From contig CACNUA010000001.1 in NCBI GenBank assembly GCA_902623535.1, positions 45,711 through 109,710 on the forward strand: DNA of 64,000 nt. Direction: 5' to 3'. The position numbers and the translations under genes were made by a program. Below the pieces are notes generated by a model, which was not told the origin of the DNA, searched no databases, and saw nothing but the letters and a program-made list of their open reading frames with translations. Source of the stretch: an uncultured SAR86 cluster bacterium. Lineage in GTDB: Bacteria > Pseudomonadota > Gammaproteobacteria > Magnimaribacterales > D2472. Of this stretch, positions 1-7,668 are shown piece by piece. The stretch's first letter is position 1; each line of letters begins with the position of its first letter.

Positions 1-1002
1 GACGTTGAAGCTATTTTGCCAAGAGATCAATTATTGCCCGGTGAGATATACAAAATTAATGACCGTATTAGAGCAATTCTTCAGATTAAGGAAATTGAGG
101 GAAGAGGCGCGCAATTAATGTTAAGTAGGGTTTGCCCTGAAATGGTTACTGAGCTATTTAGAATCGAGGTACCTGAAATCAATGAGGATGTTATTGAAAT
201 AAGAGGGATTGCTAGAGATGCTGGTTCTCGCTCCAAAATTGCTGTTAAAACTAATGATGGACGAATTGACCCAGTGGGAGCCTGCGTTGGAATGAGAGGT
301 TCAAGAGTTCAATCAGTTTCAGGAGAATTAGGTAATGAGAGAATTGACATAATAATTTTTGAAGATAATCCTGCGCAAATGGTCATAAATGCGCTTTCAC
401 CTGCAAAGGTTGAGTCCATCGTTATGGACGAAGACAGTAGATCTATGGAGCTTGCGGTAAACGAGGATAATTTAGCGCTAGCTATTGGGGCTAGAGGTCA
501 AAATATTAGGCTTGCTTCAAGGTTGGTTGGATGGGAGCTAAATATCATTTCTTCTGAAGAGGCTGAAGCAAAAGAAAAAGTTGTTGAGACCGAATTTCAG
601 GCAAAACTGATGGAATCGCTATCACTCGATGAGGATACTGCTGAAAAGCTCGTGGAGTTGGGAGTTAAAACATTTGATGACATAGCCTACATGGATGCTA
701 AAGATCTTGGAGATGCGACTGGCTTAGATCATGAAAAAGCTGAAGAGCTAAAAAGCTCTGCTTCTGATGCAGCATTAATTGAAGCTATGGGTGAATTCTC
801 GGCTGAAGAAGATGAGCTAGCCTCTCTTACTGGGTTAGGCTTTAGCGAGGATGATATTGAAACTCTCAAATTGAATAAATTAAAAACTATGGATGACGTT
901 GCCGAACTAGCCGTTGATGAATTGATTGATATAGTTCCAATGGATGAAAAGAAAGCCGCAGACATTATTATGAAAGCTAGAGAGTCCTGGTTTGAAGAGT
1001 AA
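1..1002 (+). CDS. nusA: Transcription termination/antitermination factor NusA, C-terminal ~330 aa (5' end lies outside the window)
   Basis: Frame 1 is open from base 1 (DVEAILPRDQ...), so the TTG at 16 in the ORF track is not the real start. KH-type blocks GACVGMRGSRVQSVSGELGNERIDII and ALAIGARGQNIRLASRL. Acidic HhH-like C-terminal repeats. Directly precedes infB as in the conserved nusA-infB operon. Confidence 0.92.
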   Translation, partial: DVEAILPRDQLLPGEIYKINDRIRAILQIKEIEGRGAQLMLSRVCPEMVTELFRIEVPEINEDVIEIRGIARDAGSRSKIAVKTNDGRIDPVGACVGMRGSRVQSVSGELGNERIDIIIFEDNPAQMVINALSPAKVESIVMDEDSRSMELAVNEDNLALAIGARGQNIRLASRLVGWELNIISSEEAEAKEKVVETEFQAKLMESLSLDEDTAEKLVELGVKTFDDIAYMDAKDLGDATGLDHEKAEELKSSASDAALIEAMGEFSAEEDELASLTGLGFSEDDIETLKLNKLKTMDDVAELAVDELIDIVPMDEKKAADIIMKARESWFEE

Positions 1003-1011
1003 TATATACAA

Positions 1012-3285
1012 ATGAAAGTAAAAGATTTTGCCAAGGCTCTTAAAACTGAGCCATCTGTTCTTCTAGAGAGAATGCAGTCTGCTGGATTGAGCCATAAATC
1101 TGAATCTGATGAGATTACACCAAGTGACAAGCAGGCACTTTTACTTTTTCTAAAAGATCGAAAATCTGGTCCTAAAAAAGTTGTTACCACTTCAGACGGA
1201 GATATAAAAGCAAAACCAAAGTCCTCTGCAACCAGAAAAAAAACTTCATCTGGCAAAAGTTTTACTGACAATATTGAAGCAAAACGAAAAGCTGCAGCAG
1301 AGCAACTTAAAGAGCAGCAAAAGAAAAGAGAAGATCAGATAAAAGAAGCTATTAGGTTAAAACAAGAGCAAGCCAAGGCTTCTAAAAAATCAGTCACTGG
1401 AATACCACAAAAACCCACTCAACCAGTTGATGTTAAGGATCAATTATCTAAGGCAGCAAACGAGTATGCTAGAAAAGAGTCTTCTTTTTCGCAAGATAGC
1501 TCACATCAGTTTGAAAAGCCTGACGAGTTCATTAAAAAAGATATTGAAATACCAAGTACGATCTTAGTTGGTGAGCTTGCAAAATTGATGTCAATTAAAG
1601 GGGGAGAAGTTGTTAAGGAGCTAATGTCTTTAGGTGTAATGGCAACAATAAATGACTCTATTGACCAAGAAACAGCAATTCTTGTTACAGAAGAAATTGG
1701 TCATAATGGTGTGCAGGTTGTAGATGAATCAGTCGAAGATCAAATTATTGGTCAAATTGAATATTCTGAGGATCAATCACCAAGATCACCTGTAGTAACA
1801 GTCATGGGTCATGTCGATCACGGAAAAACATCTCTTCTTGATTACATTCGTAAGTCAAAAGTTGCTGATGGTGAGGCTGGGGGGATTACTCAGCACATTG
1901 GAGCATATGAAGTTGAATTAAAAGACTCAAAAATAACTTTTATTGATACTCCAGGTCACGCGGCTTTTAGCCAAATGAGAGCAAGAGGCGCAAATACTAC
2001 TGATGTAGTTATTTTAGTTGTAGCAGCAAATGATAGTGTGATGCCACAGACTGAGGAGGCAATAAATCATGCTAAAGCAGCTGAGGTTTCAATGGTAGTT
2101 GCAATAAATAAGATTGATCTACAAGATGCAGATGCTGAAAAAGTTAAGGGGGACCTAGCAGCTAAAGATTTAGTTCCTGAAGATTGGGGTGGGAATGTCC
2201 AAATGATCCCTGTTTCAGCTCAAACTGGAGAAGGAATAGACAAATTGCTTGAAGCAGTGGCCCTGGAATCTGAATTGCTGGAACTGAAAGCACATCATTC
2301 TGGTCCAGCACAAGGTGTTATTTTAGAAGCTGAGCTTGATAAATTTAAGGGTGCAGTTGCTACATTGCTTATACAAAACGGAACCCTAAAGGTTGGAGAT
2401 ATGATCGTTTCAGGAATGTCTTATGGCAAAGTTAAGAATATCTCATCATCAAGCAGTTCAAAGCTTAAGAAAGCTGGCCCGTCAGATGCTATTGAAGTTT
2501 TAGGACTTAATTCAGCACCTGATGCTGGTGAATCATTCCAAGTTGTAAAGTCTGAAAAAGAAGCAAGAGAAATAGCTCAATTTAGGGAATCTTCCATCAA
2601 AGATAAAAAGGTACTAAAACAACGTGATGAAAATCTTGGAAACTTGTTTGAAAATATGGGCTCAGGATCTAAAAAGATTCTAAATATAATTATAAAAGCT
2701 GATGTTGCTGGAACTTCTGAGGCAATCAGCGCAGCATTGATGGATGCAGGAAATGATGAGGCATCTATAAAAATTGTATCAACTGGAGTTGGCGGTATTT
2801 CTGAATCAGATGTTAATTTAGCATTAGCTACTGAATCAATATTATTAGGGTTTAATGTTAGGGCTGATAATGCAGCAAAAAAACTTGCTGAAGAGAATGA
2901 TGTTAGTCTTAGCTATCACAGTATTATTTATGAACTAATCGACGATGTTAAGGCTCGACTAACCGGCATGCTTGATCCAATCATAAAAGAAGAAATTGTT
3001 GGTTATGCTGAAGTACTCGAGGTATTTAACTCGCCAAAATTTGGTCAAGTTGCAGGGTGCATGGTTGTTGAGGGCTCAATCTTCAGAAACAAACCCGTAA
3101 GAGTCCTTCGCGACGATGTTGTAATACATCAAGGAGAATTAGATTCTTTAAGAAGATTTAAAGATGATGTTGGCGAAGTTAAAAATGGTACTGAGTGCGG
3201 TATTGGAATTAGAAACTATAAAGATATAAAACCTGGAGATAAGATAGAGGTTTACGACAGAAAAGAAGAGGCTCAATCTCTTTAA
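1012..3285 (+). CDS. infB: Translation initiation factor IF-2
   Basis: GTPase motifs VTVMGHVDHGKTSLLD, DTPGHAAF and NKID. Lys/Glu-rich N-terminal region. Position after nusA. Confidence 0.97.
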   Translation: MKVKDFAKALKTEPSVLLERMQSAGLSHKSESDEITPSDKQALLLFLKDRKSGPKKVVTTSDGDIKAKPKSSATRKKTSSGKSFTDNIEAKRKAAAEQLKEQQKKREDQIKEAIRLKQEQAKASKKSVTGIPQKPTQPVDVKDQLSKAANEYARKESSFSQDSSHQFEKPDEFIKKDIEIPSTILVGELAKLMSIKGGEVVKELMSLGVMATINDSIDQETAILVTEEIGHNGVQVVDESVEDQIIGQIEYSEDQSPRSPVVTVMGHVDHGKTSLLDYIRKSKVADGEAGGITQHIGAYEVELKDSKITFIDTPGHAAFSQMRARGANTTDVVILVVAANDSVMPQTEEAINHAKAAEVSMVVAINKIDLQDADAEKVKGDLAAKDLVPEDWGGNVQMIPVSAQTGEGIDKLLEAVALESELLELKAHHSGPAQGVILEAELDKFKGAVATLLIQNGTLKVGDMIVSGMSYGKVKNISSSSSSKLKKAGPSDAIEVLGLNSAPDAGESFQVVKSEKEAREIAQFRESSIKDKKVLKQRDENLGNLFENMGSGSKKILNIIIKADVAGTSEAISAALMDAGNDEASIKIVSTGVGGISESDVNLALATESILLGFNVRADNAAKKLAEENDVSLSYHSIIYELIDDVKARLTGMLDPIIKEEIVGYAEVLEVFNSPKFGQVAGCMVVEGSIFRNKPVRVLRDDVVIHQGELDSLRRFKDDVGEVKNGTECGIGIRNYKDIKPGDKIEVYDRKEEAQSL

Positions 3286-3289
3286 ATAA

Positions 3290-3631
3290 ATGACTTCAAA
3301 CAGAATTCTTCAGCTTGAGGATTTGCTAAAACGAGAAATCTCTCAAATCATTTTGACTAAAGTAAAGGACGAGCGGTTTAAAAGCTTCAATATCATTGAC
3401 GTTAAAGCAGCTTCGGATCTATCTTCTGCAAAAGTATATTATTCAATAATAAATGGCAATGAGAGCGATGTTCCTGAAATTAAATTTCTTGAAAAATTCT
3501 CTTCCATGATTCGAAGTCAAGTTGCTTCAGAAGTAGTTCTAAAAAAGGTCCCCAAACTTAAATTTATTTATGACAAAACCCTTTATGAAGCTAACTCAAT
3601 TGATGATTTATTAAAATCTTTAAATGAATAG
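3290..3631 (+). CDS. rbfA: Ribosome-binding factor A
   Basis: 113-aa protein of RbfA size between infB and truB. The N-terminal LLKREISQII pattern is typical of RbfA. Confidence 0.85.
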   Translation: MTSNRILQLEDLLKREISQIILTKVKDERFKSFNIIDVKAASDLSSAKVYYSIINGNESDVPEIKFLEKFSSMIRSQVASEVVLKKVPKLKFIYDKTLYEANSIDDLLKSLNE

Positions 3632-4463
3632 TGGAATTTTACTCATAGATAAACCAATTGGATATTCATCCAATCAAGTACTTCAGAAAGTAAAAAAGAA
3701 ATTATCTATCAAGAAAGTTGGACATTTCGGAACGCTTGATCCATTTGCAGATGGACTGCTGATTTTAGGAATAGGAAACGGAACAAAGCTATCAAATATT
3801 TTTCTTAATGAAGACAAAGCATATGTCGCAGAGATATTCTTAGGAGAAGAAAAAGATACGGACGATCTTGAGGGGGATACTACCTTTAAATCCTCTCAGG
3901 CTGTAAGTTATGAAAATGTTATTTCTGTTCTAAAAGATTTTGAAGGACAAATAGAGCAGGTCCCCCCAACATATTCAGCTTTAAAGCATAATGGAAAGCC
4001 CCTTTATGATTACGCCAGAGAGGGCAATCCAATCACTAAGCCAGCCAGGAAAGTCATAATCCATGAATTAAAAGTTATTGAATTTAAATTCCCAAAACTA
4101 AAGCTGGAAATTACTTGTTCCAAGGGGACATATGTAAGGGCAATAGCTAGAGACTTGGGTAGGAAGCTTGGCATAGGAGGTCATTTGCAATCACTAAGAC
4201 GATTAAAGCAAGGCTCATTTGATATTTCTGATTCCAAATCAATAGATTCTCTTACTGAAGAAAACATAATTAGCATTGAGGATTGCACAAAAATTTTTGA
4301 TGAGATTCCTATTAGTGATAATGAGTATGCTGATCTAAAAAATTATGGAAAAACTAGATCAGAATTAAAAAAGTCAGGATATTTTAGAGGTTACAATAAT
4401 AATAATTTCGTTGGTATTCTTTCATATTCAAAAGACTATTTAGTCAAAGAAATTCTTGTTTAA
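3624..4463 (+). CDS. truB: tRNA pseudouridine-55 synthase
   Basis: GILLIDKPIGYSSNQV and the catalytic-Asp motif GHFGTLDPFADGLL. 8-nt overlap with rbfA. Confidence 0.93.
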   Translation: MNSGILLIDKPIGYSSNQVLQKVKKKLSIKKVGHFGTLDPFADGLLILGIGNGTKLSNIFLNEDKAYVAEIFLGEEKDTDDLEGDTTFKSSQAVSYENVISVLKDFEGQIEQVPPTYSALKHNGKPLYDYAREGNPITKPARKVIIHELKVIEFKFPKLKLEITCSKGTYVRAIARDLGRKLGIGGHLQSLRRLKQGSFDISDSKSIDSLTEENIISIEDCTKIFDEIPISDNEYADLKNYGKTRSELKKSGYFRGYNNNNFVGILSYSKDYLVKEILV

Positions 4464-4549
4464 TTGTGTAATTAGTACTAAGCTACTCGCACTCTAGGCT
4501 TTAGGTATGCAAGGCTTAGGTAACACAAAGGTATACCCAAGGAGATTAA

Positions 4550-4819
4550 ATGGCACTAGCTAAGGAAGAAAAGCAGAAAATACTTGAAAAGTTCAAGACC
4601 GCTGATAATGATACTGGATCACCAGAAGTTCAAATAGCTTTATTAACTGAGAATATTAATAAGCTGCAAGCTCATTTTAAGGAGCATAAAAAAGATCATC
4701 ACTCTAGAACTGGCCTAATTAGAATGGTTAATTTGCGCAGAAAGTTATTGGCATATTTAAAAAGGAAAGACGGTGATAGGCACCAAGAAATAATTAAATC
4801 CCTTAACTTGAGAGGGTAA
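4550..4819 (+). CDS. rpsO: 30S ribosomal protein S15
   Basis: 89 aa with [39 protein letters not shown], characteristic of S15. SD caaGGAGattaa lies upstream. Confidence 0.96.
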   Translation: MALAKEEKQKILEKFKTADNDTGSPEVQIALLTENINKLQAHFKEHKKDHHSRTGLIRMVNLRRKLLAYLKRKDGDRHQEIIKSLNLRG

Positions 4820-4831
4820 ATAAGGAATAAA

Positions 4832-6922
4832 GTGAATAAATTAAATTTTGATATAAATACGGTTGAATTTGAGTACGGAAATAGAAAATACAAGATTGAA
4901 ACTGGAAAAGTAGCCAGACAGGCTACTGCTAGTGTAATGGTATCCTCGGGTGACTTGTCGGTCCTTACTACAGTAGTTGCCCAAAAAGATAATGATCCAT
5001 TAAAAGATTTTTTTCCTCTTGCAGTTTTTTATCAGGAAAAGTTTTATGCAGCTGGCAGAATCCCTGGAGGTTTTTTTAAGAGAGAAGGCAGACCAACCGA
5101 AAACGAAACTCTTGTTTCGCGTCTAATCGATAGGCCTATTAGACCTCTTTTCCCATCTTCATTTACGAATGAAGTTCAGGTGATATGTACAGTAATGTCA
5201 GCTGACAAAGATCAAAACCCAGATATTGCATCAATGATCGGTGCTAGTGCTGCTTTAAGTATTTCTGGCATTCCTTTTCAAGGGCCAATTGGAGCTGCCC
5301 GAGTTGGTTTTGTAGATGATAGCTTTGTTATCAACCCCTCAAACGAACAACTTAAAGACTCTTACCTTGATATGGTAGTAGCCGGAACTAAGGATGCTGT
5401 TCTGATGGTTGAGTCTGAGGCAAAAGAGCTTGATGAAGACTTAATGTTAGGAGCAGTTTTGTTTGGCCATCAAGAGATGCAGAAAGTTGTGGATGCATGT
5501 AATGAATTAAAGTCTAAAGTTAGCCCTAATATGTGGGAAGTTGAAGAAGTTCCAACAATTAAGGAATACGAAAGTCAAATCTCAAGTAATTTCCTTGATG
5601 AGATTGAAAATGCTTTTAAAATCGCTGACAAATCATCTAGAGGTGAGGCAATCAACTCAGTCAGAGAAAAAATTAAATCCTCTCATGAAGATCTTGATGA
5701 ATTAGAGCAAGCTCGATTAATGACTGCCTTCAAAAATGTTGAGAAATCAGTTGTCAGAAAATCTATTCTTTCTAATCAACCTAGAATTGATGGTCGTGAT
5801 CTCGATACAGTAAGACCAATAGATGTCGAAACTTCTTTTCTGCAAAAAACACATGGATCTTCATTGTTTACACGTGGTGAAACTCAAGCAATAGTTGCTG
5901 CAACATTGGGCAGCACAAAAGATGCACAAAGAATTGAAAATCTTTCTGGTGAAAGCACTGATGCTTTTATGCTTCATTACAATTTCCCTGGCTACAGTGT
6001 TGGTGAAATTAGCTTTCCAGGTGGTCCAAAGAGAAGAGAAATCGGACATGGCAATTTAGCAAAAAGAGCTATTAAAGCTGTTTTACCTGATTTAGATTCT
6101 TTTGGGTATACACTTCGAGTTGTTTCTGAAATTACTGAATCAAATGGATCTAGCTCAATGGCAACTGTTTGCGGAACTTCTTTGTCATTGATGGATGCAG
6201 GTGTACCTATAACAAATGCTGTTGCCGGTGTTGCAATGGGTCTTATAAAAGAGGGTGATGATTTTGCTGTTCTAACAGATATCCTTGGCGATGAAGATCA
6301 TCTTGGTGATATGGATTTTAAGGTTGCAGGAACTGAAGACGGAGTAACAGCTTTGCAAATGGATATTAAAATTGAAGGTATAAATGAGCAGATCATGGAT
6401 GCTGCACTTGAAAAAGCAAAAGCTGCCAGAATGCATATTCTTGGTGTTATGAATGAGGTAATAGATAAGCCAAAAGAAGTCTCGGATAATGCCCCTGCTA
6501 TGAAAAAATTCACGGTCCATCAGGATAAAATTAAAGAAATTATTGGTAAGGGTGGCGCTGTTATCAAGAATATACAACAAGAATCAGGCGCATCTGTTGA
6601 TATCAATGATGATGGTGTGGTTACTGTCTTTGGTGAGAATCAATCTGTAATGCAAGCTGCTTTAAGTATGATCGAAACTATTATTGAAGATCCTGAAGTT
6701 AATAAGATTTATGAAGGTAAAGTAGTAAAAATTGTTGATTTTGGTGCTTTTGTTAATATCTTGCCTGGAAAGGATGGTTTACTTCATATTTCTGAAATAT
6801 CAGAAGAAAGAACTGAAAATGTCTCTGATGTACTATCAGAGGGTGACATTATTAAGGTCAAGTTAATAGGATTTGATAGAGGCAAACTTAAACTCTCTGC
6901 AAAAGCAGTGGATAAAGAATAG
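4832..6922 (+). CDS. pnp: Polyribonucleotide nucleotidyltransferase (PNPase)
   Basis: Near-collinear with remembered E. coli PNPase: FFPLAVFYQEKFYAAGRIPGGFFKREGRP, LGDEDHLGDMDFKVAGT, and C-terminal KH and S1 domains. GTG start 12 nt after the rpsO stop. Confidence 0.97.
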   Translation: MNKLNFDINTVEFEYGNRKYKIETGKVARQATASVMVSSGDLSVLTTVVAQKDNDPLKDFFPLAVFYQEKFYAAGRIPGGFFKREGRPTENETLVSRLIDRPIRPLFPSSFTNEVQVICTVMSADKDQNPDIASMIGASAALSISGIPFQGPIGAARVGFVDDSFVINPSNEQLKDSYLDMVVAGTKDAVLMVESEAKELDEDLMLGAVLFGHQEMQKVVDACNELKSKVSPNMWEVEEVPTIKEYESQISSNFLDEIENAFKIADKSSRGEAINSVREKIKSSHEDLDELEQARLMTAFKNVEKSVVRKSILSNQPRIDGRDLDTVRPIDVETSFLQKTHGSSLFTRGETQAIVAATLGSTKDAQRIENLSGESTDAFMLHYNFPGYSVGEISFPGGPKRREIGHGNLAKRAIKAVLPDLDSFGYTLRVVSEITESNGSSSMATVCGTSLSLMDAGVPITNAVAGVAMGLIKEGDDFAVLTDILGDEDHLGDMDFKVAGTEDGVTALQMDIKIEGINEQIMDAALEKAKAARMHILGVMNEVIDKPKEVSDNAPAMKKFTVHQDKIKEIIGKGGAVIKNIQQESGASVDINDDGVVTVFGENQSVMQAALSMIETIIEDPEVNKIYEGKVVKIVDFGAFVNILPGKDGLLHISEISEERTENVSDVLSEGDIIKVKLIGFDRGKLKLSAKAVDKE

Positions 6923-7026
6923 TCATATTTGTCAAGTTTTTTGAATTTTCTTATTTAATATATTTGTTCTCTTCAAATTTCTGTGGTTTTATATAGCAAT
7001 CCAAGCAACAACCATAGGGGGAAATT

Positions 7027-7245
7027 ATGGATAAAGCGTTCGGAATGATTAAGGATCTAGTCAGTGACTTAACTGGAATTCTAGTTGGTGTTATTGGTCT
7101 AGGTGTTGTAGCAGGAATCGTGTTTGGCGACACATTCTTTTTTGGTGAAGTTCTAGATAACTTGCTCGGTGTTGTACAAACACTTGGTGACAATGGGTTA
7201 GTAGGACTGCTAGTTGCTGCACTCCTTATGATGCTTCTTAAGTAA
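7027..7245 (+). CDS. Small (72 aa) hydrophobic two-helix membrane protein, unknown family (paralog A)
   Basis: Strong SD AGGGGGAAATT immediately upstream of the ATG. Gly/Val/Leu-rich hydrophobic segments. Alignable to the next ORF (LTGILVGV...GIVFGD..FFGEV...LGDNGLVGLL vs LTDVLIPI...GIIFGID.PFVGNV...IGQDGLLALI). Confidence 0.5.
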   Translation: MDKAFGMIKDLVSDLTGILVGVIGLGVVAGIVFGDTFFFGEVLDNLLGVVQTLGDNGLVGLLVAALLMMLLK

Positions 7246-7265
7246 TCTAACTTAAGTATATACTT

Positions 7266-7300
7266 AAGCATCTAATAAGGATTCTTCCTTATTAGATGCT
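7266..7300 (+). terminator. Perfect 15-bp stem / 6-nt loop hairpin between the two small ORFs (candidate attenuator/terminator or translational occluder)
   Basis: AAGCATCTAATAAGG-attctt-CCTTATTAGATGCTT followed by TTTAAT. The 3' arm contains the first in-frame ATG (7296) of the downstream ORF. The U-tract is short, so a terminator role is uncertain. Confidence 0.4.
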
Positions 7301-7556
7301 TTTAATAGATATGTTTAAGATAAAAAACCTCAAACTCTCACTTAAATCGATTAGAAAATTTTTCAGAAGGTTAACTGATGTTTTAATTCCTATAGTCTCA
7401 GTTTCTTTACTATTAGGAATTATTTTTGGAATTGATGCTCCGTTTGTTGGGAACGTATATACAAATGTAGCTGAGATTATTAACTTAATCGGACAAGACG
7501 GTCTTCTTGCTTTAATTTCAATAATTATAATTCTAGCTTATCTGAAGAAAAAATAG
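7296..7556 (+). CDS. Small (81-86 aa) hydrophobic two-helix membrane protein, unknown family (paralog B)
   Basis: ORF with a basic N-terminus and two hydrophobic segments, paralogous to 7027..7245. The true start may be the second ATG at 7311, because the ATG at 7296 is buried in the hairpin stem. Confidence 0.5.
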   Translation: MLLIDMFKIKNLKLSLKSIRKFFRRLTDVLIPIVSVSLLLGIIFGIDAPFVGNVYTNVAEIINLIGQDGLLALISIIIILAYLKKK

Positions 7557-7557
7557 C

Positions 7558-7634
7558 TGGTGGCTATGGGTGGAATTGAACCACCGACCCCGGCGTTATG
7601 AGTGCCGTGCTCTAACCGTCTGAGCTACATAGCC
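7558..7634 (-). tRNA. tRNA-Met (CAU), elongator type
   Basis: Reverse complement reads GGCTATGTAGCTCAGACGGTTAGAGCACGGCACTCATAACGCCGGGGTCGGTGGTTCAATTCCACCCATAGCCACCA. It folds as a cloverleaf with anticodon loop CUCAUAA and an encoded CCA. It closely resembles remembered E. coli metT. One A31.C39 mismatch closes the anticodon stem. Confidence 0.88.
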
Positions 7635-7668
7635 ATGATGAGCAATGATATCTGTATCAAATTTCATG

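Noticed and set aside
729-1271. Long antisense ORFs in the six-frame track: 729..1271(-), 6951..7271(-), 23226..23687(-), 34342..34881(+), 63305..63712(-), 50206..50538(-), plus many 60-110-aa ones.
   Set aside because: Each lies entirely opposite a confidently identified conserved gene (nusA/infB, small ORF A, mreB, degS-like, pyrG, mraY). Each has a low-complexity, Ser/Ile/Phe-rich composition typical of shadow frames in AT-rich DNA, and none has an SD or start context.
7016-7026. Identical 11-mer AGGGGGAAATT found immediately upstream of two unrelated starts (7016-7026 before small ORF A, 17301-17311 before the acyl-CoA ligase). I considered it as a possible repeat or regulatory motif marking accessory genes.
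   Set aside because: It sits at SD distance from the ATG in both cases. Similar GGGGA-type SDs precede ftsZ and sspA. The simplest reading is a strong ribosome-binding site, and two occurrences are not enough to claim a regulon.
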